Below, in pieces: positions 30,401 to 40,100 of a stretch of DNA of 64,000 nt. Every line of letters begins with the position of its first letter. Position 1 is the first letter of the stretch. The stretch spans positions 1,152,001-1,216,000 of the forward strand of contig OY759974.1 in the NCBI GenBank assembly GCA_963662945.1, given 5' to 3'. Position numbers and translations under genes: made by a program. Source of the stretch: Arcobacteraceae bacterium (lineage in GTDB: Bacteria; Campylobacterota; Campylobacteria; Campylobacterales; Arcobacteraceae). Below the pieces are notes generated by a model. It was not told the DNA's origin. It made no database searches and saw only the letters and a list, made by a program, of their open reading frames with translations.

Positions 30401-31126
30401 CTAAATTTCCATTGTTTCTATAAGGAATTTCTTTAAAAACACTTCTCTACTCAAAATTTTTGCTCCAAGTTTAAGTTTGTAATCCATATATGGATGTCCT
30501 AAATTCCAAAAAAGAAAATTTTCTTTTTCCAGATATTGGGCAAGTAACACTAACTGTAAATTTCCATAATTATTGTATTTTTTTTCTTTAGAACTAAATC
30601 CACTTAAGCTTGTATAGATTTTGCCATGAGTAATATAACCTATTTCCCCTGCAACTATTTTATTTGTATCTTTATCTAAAATACCAAAAGATGTTAATTG
30701 AAATTTTTCTTTTTTATATTCTGTTGTTTTTAGATTTCTTAGAAGTTCGCAATATTTTCCTTTTATCCAAGAGTTATCATGATATGTACCTAAAATTTCT
30801 AAAATTTCTTCAAAATGTTCATCAATAAAAAAATGATATTTTGAAGGCTGTTTTAAAAGTTTTTGCACTTTTGTGGAGATATGTAAATCTGTAAACTCTA
30901 ATACAGCATAATCAAACTGCATTTCAGGAAGTAAATATTCACACTCATTTTCTTTATACCAAATAGAGATAAATCCAGCAAGTGCTAAATCTATATAAAA
31001 ATGGGGAGAAAAATCTTCACTGTAATAATAGTTCAATTCTTTACTGGTATATATAAAATTTTCTAAAAAATTTCTATTTAAAATAATATCATGAGAAATA
31101 CCATATACTTTATTTGATACAACCAT
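30401..31126 (-). CDS. Divergent leucyl/phenylalanyl-tRNA-protein transferase-like (GNAT-fold) protein
   Basis: LA.AGFI, VAGEIGY..G..YTSLSGF, G..QL..L, YK..LGA....R..FL pattern resembles Aat. Confidence 0.55.
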   Translation of the reverse strand: MVVSNKVYGISHDIILNRNFLENFIYTSKELNYYYSEDFSPHFYIDLALAGFISIWYKENECEYLLPEMQFDYAVLEFTDLHISTKVQKLLKQPSKYHFFIDEHFEEILEILGTYHDNSWIKGKYCELLRNLKTTEYKKEKFQLTSFGILDKDTNKIVAGEIGYITHGKIYTSLSGFSSKEKKYNNYGNLQLVLLAQYLEKENFLFWNLGHPYMDYKLKLGAKILSREVFLKKFLIETMEI

Positions 31127-31132
31127 AATTTT

Positions 31133-31540
31133 CTACTTTAGTTTTGAAAATACTTCTGCTATTTTATCTAAGTCAAAATTCATCTCTTCTAACTCTTTTT
31201 TTATATCTGGAATTTCTATATGTGACATATCTGGAACAGTAGAGACAAATAGTTTCTCTACTTTTAAAAACTGTTCTTTTTTTACAAGATTATTTTCAAT
31301 GCAATATTCTAGATATCTATTATATCTATCTTTAAAAATAAGATATTCTTGTTGTTGTTTTTTTGTTACAATTGTATCTTTGATTAAAAATAAAAATGAT
31401 TTTAAAAGAAGATCTTCGATATTTATATGTTCAACTTGCATTATATCAACAGCACCAATTGATTGGGCAAATTTATAAAATGTAATTGTTTTATAATCTT
31501 TTGTAGCTTGTTCTTCTTTCTTAAATAACTTTTTTAACAA
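31133..31540 (-). CDS. Hypothetical protein
   Basis: GGAG RBS, TTG start, 135-aa ORF co-directional with downstream genes. Confidence 0.7.
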   Translation of the reverse strand: MLKKLFKKEEQATKDYKTITFYKFAQSIGAVDIMQVEHINIEDLLLKSFLFLIKDTIVTKKQQQEYLIFKDRYNRYLEYCIENNLVKKEQFLKVEKLFVSTVPDMSHIEIPDIKKELEEMNFDLDKIAEVFSKLK

Positions 31541-31882
31541 TTGATAACTCCAAACTTTAATACTAATGTATGGTATCTTTTAATACTTAAAAAAATCAAG
31601 AAAATTTGTTTGAAAAGCTCTAAATAAAATGAGAAAAACAATGTCTTTTCGTGTTTAAGTTTAGTTTAGGAGACTGCTTAATGAAATTAGTTTAGCAAAT
31701 AACATTGTTTGACTCTTTGTACAATTATAACAAATCATAAAAACCAATACAACATATTTGTAGTATAAAAAATATACAATTACAATTTTGAAACAAAATT
31801 GCTATATAAATTGTATTTACACTACAACCAATACTTAAGTGGAAAATGAGTAAAATTCATCCATTATGTATGAGGGAAAAAT

Positions 31883-32899
31883 ATGTCAAAAACTATTCTT
31901 ATCACAGGTGGTGGTACTGGTGGGCACTTAAGTGTTGCAAAATCTTTTATCGATGAATTTTACGCAAGAGGTTATAAAGTTATCTTTATAGGTTCTACAA
32001 AAGGACAAGATAAAAGTTGGTTCGAAAACTATCCCCTACTTTCACACACCTATTTTTTAGATACAAAAGGGGTAGTAAATCAAAATTTTCTAGGAAAGTT
32101 CATCTCATTATTTATGATTTTAAAAGCGGTTATTACTTCTATAAAAATCATTAAAAAACATAAAATATCAAAAGTGGTAAGTGTAGGTGGATTTAGTGCA
32201 GCTGCTGCTAGTTTTGCTGCTATAATAACTAGAACAGATTTCTATATCCACGAACAAAATTCAGTTATGGGAAAACTCAATACCATTACTTCAAAGTTTG
32301 CAAAAGAGGTTTTTAGCTCCTATTTAAAAACTTCAAAAGTAAAAGACTACCCAATAGCACAAAACTTTTTTGAACACCAAAGGGTACGAAGTGAAGTTAA
32401 AACTGTAATATTTTTAGGTGGAAGTCAAGGGGCAACTGCTATTAATGATTTTGCACTTAAAGTTGCACCAAAACTCAATGAGATGGGGATATCTATCATC
32501 CATCAAACAGGGAAGAATGATTTTGAAAAATGTAAGGAAAAATACAAAGAGTTAAATATAGATGTTGATGTTTTCGATTTCTCCAATCAACTTATAGAGA
32601 AGATGACAAAAGCAGACTTCGCAGTTAGTCGAGCTGGGGCTAGTACTCTTTGGGAACTTGTAGCACTTGGGATTCCAACCTTTTTTATCCCATTTCCACA
32701 TGCCGCGGCTAATCATCAATACTATAATGCAAAATATTTACTAGATAATAATTTGTGCTTTTTACAAAATCAAAATGAACTAGATGAAAACTATTTTTTC
32801 CAATGTTTAGAAGATAATATAGCATCTAAAAGTGAAAAACTTTTAAATGCTATTCATAAAGATGCTGTAAAAAATATCGCTGATATTATAGAGCAATAA
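31883..32899 (+). CDS. murG: UDP-GlcNAc:lipid I N-acetylglucosaminyltransferase
   Basis: GGGTGGH, HEQN, GGSQGA, SRAGAST, HQ..NA. Confidence 0.96.
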   Translation: MSKTILITGGGTGGHLSVAKSFIDEFYARGYKVIFIGSTKGQDKSWFENYPLLSHTYFLDTKGVVNQNFLGKFISLFMILKAVITSIKIIKKHKISKVVSVGGFSAAAASFAAIITRTDFYIHEQNSVMGKLNTITSKFAKEVFSSYLKTSKVKDYPIAQNFFEHQRVRSEVKTVIFLGGSQGATAINDFALKVAPKLNEMGISIIHQTGKNDFEKCKEKYKELNIDVDVFDFSNQLIEKMTKADFAVSRAGASTLWELVALGIPTFFIPFPHAAANHQYYNAKYLLDNNLCFLQNQNELDENYFFQCLEDNIASKSEKLLNAIHKDAVKNIADIIEQ

Positions 32900-34219
32900 T
32901 TATTTTATAATTGTTGCTATTAACTTATCCCCACTAAGTTCTGTCATACGAGCAGTATAAATTTTACCAAACTCTATCTCACCCTCTATCTCTTTATCAT
33001 TGATATAGATTTCACCATCAACATCTGGTGCCCAAGAAAGTTTTCTTGCACTTAAGAGATATTCGTGTTCATCACTCTCTCCATCAACTACCACTTCAAA
33101 CTCTTTTCCAACTTCAGACTCTAATTTTTTTAATGTTGTTTGAGTGATAATTTCTCCTAAAATTTCTGCTCTTTGATCAATAATTTCTTGAGGAATTTTA
33201 TTTTCTAATTCAAAAGCAGTAGTACCATCTTCATCACTATAACTAAATACATTTACCCTATCAAACTTATACTCTTTTAGATACTCACACAGCTCTTCAA
33301 AATCCTCTTGTGTTTCCCCTGGATGTCCTACAATAAAAGTACTTCTAACAAAGTTTTCTGGCATATCTTTCATATGTTGCATCAACTCTTTGAGTTGTTC
33401 TGCCCCTTTTCCTCTTTTCATAATCTTTAACACACTTGATGAGATATGTTGTAGTGGCATATCGTAGTATGTATGGAAAGTTTTAGAGTTTGCTATTTTT
33501 TCTATTAAAGCATTTGTTGTAGTTGAAGGGTAAAGATACAAAATTCTTGCACTCTTTACCCCTTCTATTTTCTCTACTTTATCTATAAGTTGTTCTAATC
33601 CATCATTGATATTAAAGTCTCTTAAATAAGAACTACTATCTTGTGATACAAAAGAAAAATCATAATACCCTTGGGCTACAAGTGTTTTTATCTCTGCTTC
33701 TATGGAACCCAATGGTCGACTGTTGAGTTTTCCTTTAAATGCTGGAATAGCACAAAAAGAACACTTTTGATTACATCCTTCACTTAATTTTATGTATGCG
33801 TGATAGTTTGAACCAGTTACAATTCTATCATTATTCTCATCTGCTAAAAATACTTTTTGTGAAAACTGACTTCTTTTTTCTTTTACTAGTTTATCAATAA
33901 TATCATAATCCCCAACACCTGTAAAAATATCAACTTCGTTTTCAAGTCCCTCTTTTAACTCTTCTTGATATCGTTCACTTAAACATCCAGCCATAACTAA
34001 AACCGACTCTTGTTTTCTAGTACTATCAAGTTCAAAAATTGTATTTAAACTCTCTTGTTTTGCACTTTCAATGAACCCACAAGTATTTACTATAATTAAA
34101 TCTGCTTGAGTACTATCATCTGTTATTTCATACTCTTTGAGCTTTCCTAACATAACTTCACTATCTATTAAGTTTTTTGTACAACCTAGACTTACTAAAT
34201 GCAATTTTTTTGATGACAT
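32900..34219 (-). CDS. rimO: Ribosomal protein S12 methylthiotransferase
   Basis: SLGCTKNL.DSE, NTCGFI, CNQKCSFC, APDVDG TRAM domain. Confidence 0.95.
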   Translation of the reverse strand: MSSKKLHLVSLGCTKNLIDSEVMLGKLKEYEITDDSTQADLIIVNTCGFIESAKQESLNTIFELDSTRKQESVLVMAGCLSERYQEELKEGLENEVDIFTGVGDYDIIDKLVKEKRSQFSQKVFLADENNDRIVTGSNYHAYIKLSEGCNQKCSFCAIPAFKGKLNSRPLGSIEAEIKTLVAQGYYDFSFVSQDSSSYLRDFNINDGLEQLIDKVEKIEGVKSARILYLYPSTTTNALIEKIANSKTFHTYYDMPLQHISSSVLKIMKRGKGAEQLKELMQHMKDMPENFVRSTFIVGHPGETQEDFEELCEYLKEYKFDRVNVFSYSDEDGTTAFELENKIPQEIIDQRAEILGEIITQTTLKKLESEVGKEFEVVVDGESDEHEYLLSARKLSWAPDVDGEIYINDKEIEGEIEFGKIYTARMTELSGDKLIATIIK

Positions 34220-34335
34220 TATTGACTAACCTTTTTATAAAATAAGTATATATTATAGTTAAGATTTGCTTCAACAAATATTTAGTGCAACTTTGGTATA
34301 ATCCACCATTATTACAAATTAAGGAAAGTTATAAA

Positions 34336-34578
34336 ATGGATATTTTATTAGCAAGAGAAGAGCTTACAGCGAAACCAAAAAAAGTAAAACTAGAAAAACT
34401 ATTAGAGAGTTTATCAAAAAATGAAGAAGAGATTTTCTACTTTGATAGAGAAAACTCACATAAAGATATGATGGCTATCGTAGATAAATTTGAGGAAGCT
34501 GGATACACTGTTCACTTTAGAGAAGTGAAGTATGGTCTATCTGATGATGAGTATGTTTACGAAATTCACTCATTATAA
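34336..34578 (+). CDS. HP0268-family small nuclease (SMR-like)
   Basis: [18 protein letters not shown]...Y.YE.H; upstream of miaB; ATG follows AAGGAA. Confidence 0.85.
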   Translation: MDILLAREELTAKPKKVKLEKLLESLSKNEEEIFYFDRENSHKDMMAIVDKFEEAGYTVHFREVKYGLSDDEYVYEIHSL

Positions 34579-34607
34579 AATCTCATAAATTTATAAAAGA
34601 ATATAAT

Positions 34608-35906
34608 TTGTCAAAAAAACTTTTTATAGAAACTTTAGGTTGTGCTATGAATGTTCGAGATACAGAACATATCATAGCAGAACTCAATAAACACCAATCA
34701 TACTCTCAAACACAAAATCTAGAAGACGCCGATCTTATTATTATCAATACTTGTTCAGTCAGAGAAAAACCTGTCGCAAAACTATTTTCAGAACTGGGTG
34801 TTTTTAATAAAAAGAAAAAAGAAGGTGCTAAAATAGGTGTGTGTGGTTGTACTGCAAGTCATCTAGGTGAAGAAATTATTAAAAAAGCACCTTACGTGGA
34901 CTTTGTTGTTGGAGCAAGAAATGTTTCTAAAATCTCTGATGCTGTTTTAAACAAAGGAACTGTTGAGATAGATATAAACAATGATGAAACAAACTATGAT
35001 TTTGCTGATTATAGAAACTCATTATATAGAGCAAGTATCAATATCTCTTTAGGATGTGATAAAAGCTGTACTTTTTGTATTGTTCCTGCTACAAGAGGAG
35101 ATGAAATCAGTATCCCTAGCCAAATCATTCTCAATGAGATAGAAAAAGCTGTTGCTTCAGGTGCTATTGAAATATTTCTTTTGGGTCAAAATGTTAATAA
35201 CTATGGAAAACATTTCAGTGATAAAACAGAAACTACTAATTTCACACAACTCTTACAAATGATTAGTAAAATTAAGGGTGTACAAAGAATACGATTTACC
35301 TCTCCTCATCCATTGCATATGGATGATGAATTTATAGAAGAATTTGCTTCAAATCCTAAAATATGTAAACAAATACATGTGCCACTTCAAGCTGGAAATA
35401 CAAGAGTTCTTAAAGATATGAAAAGAGGTTATACTAAAGAATGGTTCTTAAATCGTTGTGAAAAAATACGAACTTTAGTTCCAAATGTACGAATCTCTAC
35501 AGATATTATTGTAGCATTTCCAGGGGAGAGTGATGAGGAGTTTCTAGATACTCTTGATATAATGGAAAAAGTAAAATTTGATGCTGTATTTAATTTTAAA
35601 TATTCACCAAGACCATTAACACCAGCTCAAAACATGCCAAATCAAATAGATGATGAAACTGCAACTAAAAGATTGCAAAGAGTAATTGAACTTCATAAAG
35701 AACATCAAGACGAGCATATGGAAAAATTAGTTGGTCAAACTTTAGAAGTACTATTTGAAGAATTAAAACCAAATGGAGAAGTTTTTGGTTTTAGTGATAA
35801 TTATGTGCAGGTATTTGTAAATGGAAGTGAGGAGCTACTTGGAAAAATTGTAAAAGTAAAAATTACAAGCGCAAGTAGAACTTCACTTAAAGGAGAAGTT
35901 GTCTAA
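34608..35906 (+). CDS. miaB: tRNA i6A37 methylthiotransferase
   Basis: [33 protein letters not shown]. Confidence 0.96.
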   Translation: MSKKLFIETLGCAMNVRDTEHIIAELNKHQSYSQTQNLEDADLIIINTCSVREKPVAKLFSELGVFNKKKKEGAKIGVCGCTASHLGEEIIKKAPYVDFVVGARNVSKISDAVLNKGTVEIDINNDETNYDFADYRNSLYRASINISLGCDKSCTFCIVPATRGDEISIPSQIILNEIEKAVASGAIEIFLLGQNVNNYGKHFSDKTETTNFTQLLQMISKIKGVQRIRFTSPHPLHMDDEFIEEFASNPKICKQIHVPLQAGNTRVLKDMKRGYTKEWFLNRCEKIRTLVPNVRISTDIIVAFPGESDEEFLDTLDIMEKVKFDAVFNFKYSPRPLTPAQNMPNQIDDETATKRLQRVIELHKEHQDEHMEKLVGQTLEVLFEELKPNGEVFGFSDNYVQVFVNGSEELLGKIVKVKITSASRTSLKGEVV

Positions 35907-35920
35907 AGACATCAAAACTG

Positions 35921-36553
35921 ATGAAAGAAAAAATTAAACACTATTTATATTTTACAGTTCTCCCTTTTCTTCTCCAACTTATAGTAAGATTTATTCATCT
36001 TACAAATAAAAAAACATATCATTATCCAAATCAAAACTTTGACAATGAAAACTTAATTGTTGCAATGTGGCATGGTGATTTACTTATGCAACCGCTTAAT
36101 TATAGAAATTTCAAAAAAAATGGAAAAATAAAAGTTATTGTAAGTGTCCATAAAGATGGTGAAATTATACGAAAAGTAGTTGATTATCTTGGAGTTGGAG
36201 GATTAAGTGGTTCTTCCTCAAAGGGTGGAGCAAAAGCACTTATTGGTGCTATAAAAGCCTTAAAAAATGGTATTGATGTTGCTATAACACCAGATGGTCC
36301 AAGAGGTCCAATATATAGTATTGCTGATGGAATTGTACTTTTATCTCAAAAAACAAATACAAAAATTATAGTACTAAGTTCCATACCAACATCTTATTGG
36401 GAAATGAAATCTTGGGATAAATTTGTCGTACCAAAACCTTTTGGAAAAATAGATTTTTATGCAAGTGAACCTTTTAGTGTAGAAAATTTAGAACTAGAAG
36501 AAGCAAAACAACTTATTTACTCAAAAATGATGGAAAATCAACTAAAGAAATAA
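35921..36553 (+). CDS. DUF374 lysophospholipid-acyltransferase-family protein
   Basis: WHG, S.HKDGE, GSSSKGG, TPDGPRGP, SWD.F..PKPF. Confidence 0.88.
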   Translation: MKEKIKHYLYFTVLPFLLQLIVRFIHLTNKKTYHYPNQNFDNENLIVAMWHGDLLMQPLNYRNFKKNGKIKVIVSVHKDGEIIRKVVDYLGVGGLSGSSSKGGAKALIGAIKALKNGIDVAITPDGPRGPIYSIADGIVLLSQKTNTKIIVLSSIPTSYWEMKSWDKFVVPKPFGKIDFYASEPFSVENLELEEAKQLIYSKMMENQLKK

Positions 36554-36555
36554 TC

Positions 36556-37383
36556 ATGAAAGAAAAATTTTATAAATACTTAGAGGAGTTTTGTGAGTAT
36601 TTATTAGATTTAAAAAACTACTCTCCTCTTACTGTGAAAACTTATAAACAATCAATTGAAAAAGCTATTAAAGCAAGTGAAATCTATGAAGAAAATGGGA
36701 AAACAATTTTTGATATTACAAAATTTAGAATAGAAATTGCTTCCTTAAATCCAAAAACAATCAATAAAAAGATATCAAGTATTAATAGCTTTGTAAGCTA
36801 TTTAGATTCCAAACATATTGATATAAAACTTGTAGGAAATAATACAATCAAATCTCCACAAACTCTTCCAAAACCAATACAAACTAAAAATATTTTTGAA
36901 AGTTTAGAGAATGCAACTTTAGAGGAAAAACTTATTATCGTATTTATTTATTCTTTTGGTGTTCGTATTTCTGAATTAGCAACTTTAAAACTAAAATATA
37001 TAAAAACAAATTCTATACAAGTTACAGGGAAAGGAAATAAACAAAGAGAGATACCTTCAAATCCTGTTGCAAATAATTTATTACAAGAATATCTTTCATT
37101 TTACACTCCATCAGAATATCTTTTTGAAGAAAACTCAAAAGCCCTTACAAAAAGACAAATACAATACAGACTTGAAAAAGCATTTCGTAAAATTGGAATC
37201 AAAGCAACTCCTCATCAATTAAGACATTCTTTTGCTACAGATTTGTTAAATGATGGCGCTAGAATCAATGATATTAGCGAACTTCTTGGGCATAGTAGCT
37301 TAAAAGCAACTGGAATTTATACTAAATTAACCACAAATACAAAGTTAAAACAGTATAATATTGCACATCCATTAAATAAATAA
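36556..37383 (+). CDS. XerC/D-like tyrosine recombinase
   Basis: YS..T...Y, G.RISE, GKG.K.R, PHQLRHSFAT, LLGH, T.IYT catalytic residues intact. Confidence 0.9.
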   Translation: MKEKFYKYLEEFCEYLLDLKNYSPLTVKTYKQSIEKAIKASEIYEENGKTIFDITKFRIEIASLNPKTINKKISSINSFVSYLDSKHIDIKLVGNNTIKSPQTLPKPIQTKNIFESLENATLEEKLIIVFIYSFGVRISELATLKLKYIKTNSIQVTGKGNKQREIPSNPVANNLLQEYLSFYTPSEYLFEENSKALTKRQIQYRLEKAFRKIGIKATPHQLRHSFATDLLNDGARINDISELLGHSSLKATGIYTKLTTNTKLKQYNIAHPLNK

Positions 37384-37396
37384 TTTGAGGTCATCT

Positions 37397-39013
37397 ATGT
37401 TTAGTAGTAGTAAAAAGCAATATGTGAATATTTTAAAGCAAAATAAACAATTAAATTTAAACTATGCAATATTACAAGATAAAAAAATCTTGAAGCAAGA
37501 ACAATCATCATTTTTAATCGTTGATAACAATATGCCTCAAGATGCTTTATTTAAGTTAGATGCTTTGCAAAAAAACATACCTTACACTTATCTTTCATCA
37601 CTTTTTGAAGGAGATAGACAACAAGTAATTTTAACAAAAGATATGGATGTGATTGGATATGATAGTGTACAACTTGATAGTAAATACAGTATTGTTATTC
37701 CAAAAAATGAGCTTACAAGTGCTTCAAGATATTTTGCAAATAGTGGGATAGATTATATTATCTCTCCTTTTACTATTTTAAATGAATACGTACAAGATAA
37801 TAGTATTAAAAATTCTCTTAATGTACTTATTTACAATAATGTTGTTTATGTGATGATTTTAAATGACCTTAAAATTATTGTACAATGTGCCGTTAAATCA
37901 TTAACGCCTTTTGATCAGATCACAGATAAAAGTTTTTCAAATGATGAGATTGTTGATCAGAAACTTTATGAAGAGGTTCATTTTCTAGAGATACAACAAT
38001 TTCTTAGTGAAATAGTACAGGATTATTATACACAAAACAATGATGTAGAATTTTTAGAACAAGTAAAAATTTTATATACTCTTAAACCACTTTCTGATGA
38101 ACAGATAAATTCATTATATGAAACAATCATGGTAGATATTGACTATGAAGTTATCAATATGGAACAATATCTCTTTAAAATTACACAAAAAGAGGATATT
38201 ATAAAACATTCATTTGTAAATCCAAGAATCAAAAAACAAAATAAAAATACTTTAAAATGGATTATTTTTGCAGGCATTAGTATTGCCGTTGTTCTTGGAT
38301 TAGTTTATAATCAATTTATCTCTTCACAAGAACTTAAGCAACAAAAAATACAACAACAAAAAGAGATGAAAAAAGTTGCTAAACAAGAACCTGTAGAGGT
38401 AAAAATTATAGAATTTCCAAATCATATTCTCAATAATAACCATCTATTACAAGACGTTTATATGTTATTTGATATAGTGCCATATGATGCTATTTTAAAA
38501 GATTTAGAAATTACTCAAAATAGTTCTACTTATGTATGTACTTTTATTTCTCAGAGTCAATCTTTTGAAGATATGAGAGTAAAATTATTGAACCTTTATA
38601 AAGATTCAAAAATACTTTTAAAACATGAAAATAAATCTATATTAAATATTATCATTGAAAATGAAAACTTCTTAGCTCCTAATAAAAAAATGCAATCAAA
38701 ACAATACGATGATTTTGAATTTATATCTATTGGTAAAGCTACAGATTTTATTAATAAATTACTCTTAGACCAATCTACTATAAAGTTTTTGAATAAAGAG
38801 GAAACAACATATTTAACATATAAATTTGCAATTCAATCTATAGTAAAAACACCTAAAGACTTTTTTGATTTTATAGAAAAATTAAATCAACAAAAAGTAT
38901 CTATAACTTTAGAATATCCTATTGTATTTAGTAAAATAAATGACGGTATTGAAATTAAATATAATTTATCGCTTCATCAAAAAAATAAAGAGCAAGTACA
39001 ACTTAGTAAATAA
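37397..39013 (+). CDS. Bitopic membrane protein, possible PilM/PilN/PilO (GspL/M)-like fusion
   Basis: ~290-aa soluble N-domain, one TM (WIIFAGISIAVVLGLVY), Gln/Lys coiled coil, ~200-aa C-domain. Confidence 0.5.
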   Translation: MFSSSKKQYVNILKQNKQLNLNYAILQDKKILKQEQSSFLIVDNNMPQDALFKLDALQKNIPYTYLSSLFEGDRQQVILTKDMDVIGYDSVQLDSKYSIVIPKNELTSASRYFANSGIDYIISPFTILNEYVQDNSIKNSLNVLIYNNVVYVMILNDLKIIVQCAVKSLTPFDQITDKSFSNDEIVDQKLYEEVHFLEIQQFLSEIVQDYYTQNNDVEFLEQVKILYTLKPLSDEQINSLYETIMVDIDYEVINMEQYLFKITQKEDIIKHSFVNPRIKKQNKNTLKWIIFAGISIAVVLGLVYNQFISSQELKQQKIQQQKEMKKVAKQEPVEVKIIEFPNHILNNNHLLQDVYMLFDIVPYDAILKDLEITQNSSTYVCTFISQSQSFEDMRVKLLNLYKDSKILLKHENKSILNIIIENENFLAPNKKMQSKQYDDFEFISIGKATDFINKLLLDQSTIKFLNKEETTYLTYKFAIQSIVKTPKDFFDFIEKLNQQKVSITLEYPIVFSKINDGIEIKYNLSLHQKNKEQVQLSK

Positions 39014-39965
39014 ACTCTTCCAAAGTTGAGAGATATCCACGAATATTATTAGGAATTCTCTCTATCCTACATTTTTCTTTAAATTCTTTAGTCATTATAT
39101 TTTGCATATAAGGTGCAATATAAATTTTATCAACCACAATTGATACTGCTATCTTATGAGAAATAACAACTTCTTTTTTTTGAACAATTTCATCCCTTGT
39201 AGCTTTTGATATTATCAAACCTCTTTGTTTTAACTCTTTATCTATAATTCTAATAGCAACATTTAAATCTTCATTGTATTCATAAATTGTTAATTTTTCA
39301 ATACTTGTTTTAGAAAAATCACCCATTAAAGAATTATAATCTTTTTCTAAATATTCAAAACTATTTATTATGCCACTTTGAAATTTTTCAAGAAGTTTAT
39401 CACTAAAGTTATGTCTAAAATAATTTCTCTTATATGTTTCATCACTATTACTTTCATCTTCAAAGAATCTATAGTTATGACTTATAAGATATTTTTTAAG
39501 AGATTCTTTACTAATTTCTAATAATGGTTTTTTAATTATATAGCCATTTTTTACAATCTCTTTTTCCATTCCCAAAAGTTCACTAAGCCCTGCACCTTTT
39601 GTGAATTGCATTAAAAACCATTCTAATTTATCATTTAATTGATGTGCTGTAAGAAGTGCCTCATAATGATTTTCAATCATTATTGCATCAAAAAATTTAT
39701 ATCTAAAATCTCTTGCTTCTTTTTCACTAAATTTCATATTATCTGGATAATCAGATATAAAACACTTTTTGTTGTATTTATGTGCAAGTTGTGTAGCATA
39801 AATTACTTCATCTTTTGATTGTATTCTTTGATGATAATCCACTATTGCTATATCAAATGGTATGTTTTTTTCAATCAATAAATAAAATAATGCTGTTGAA
39901 TCAACACCTGCACTAAATGCTAAAAGATTTTTTTTTGTATTTATATCTATTTTAAATCTATTCAT
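39003..39965 (-). CDS. tilS: tRNA(Ile)-lysidine synthetase
   Basis: AFSAGVDS PP-loop, E..AR..RY, AHQLND, DESN....Y.RN. Confidence 0.93.
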   Translation of the reverse strand: MNRFKIDINTKKNLLAFSAGVDSTALFYLLIEKNIPFDIAIVDYHQRIQSKDEVIYATQLAHKYNKKCFISDYPDNMKFSEKEARDFRYKFFDAIMIENHYEALLTAHQLNDKLEWFLMQFTKGAGLSELLGMEKEIVKNGYIIKKPLLEISKESLKKYLISHNYRFFEDESNSDETYKRNYFRHNFSDKLLEKFQSGIINSFEYLEKDYNSLMGDFSKTSIEKLTIYEYNEDLNVAIRIIDKELKQRGLIISKATRDEIVQKKEVVISHKIAVSIVVDKIYIAPYMQNIMTKEFKEKCRIERIPNNIRGYLSTLEEFIY

Positions 39966-40100
39966 ATGGCGATTATATTAAGTTTATAGTTATATAATAC
40001 TTATTATAAGAAAGTATTTTAATTATTATTATAATAATTTATGGTAAATATAAGTTCATATAATATATAATTACTTATTAAATTTCTAGAAGGATAGAAT

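Noticed and set aside
27781-31882. Possible genomic island integrated at tRNA-Met
   Set aside because: No integrase next to the tRNA and no duplicated tRNA 3' end seen; the genes are ordinary chromosomal types
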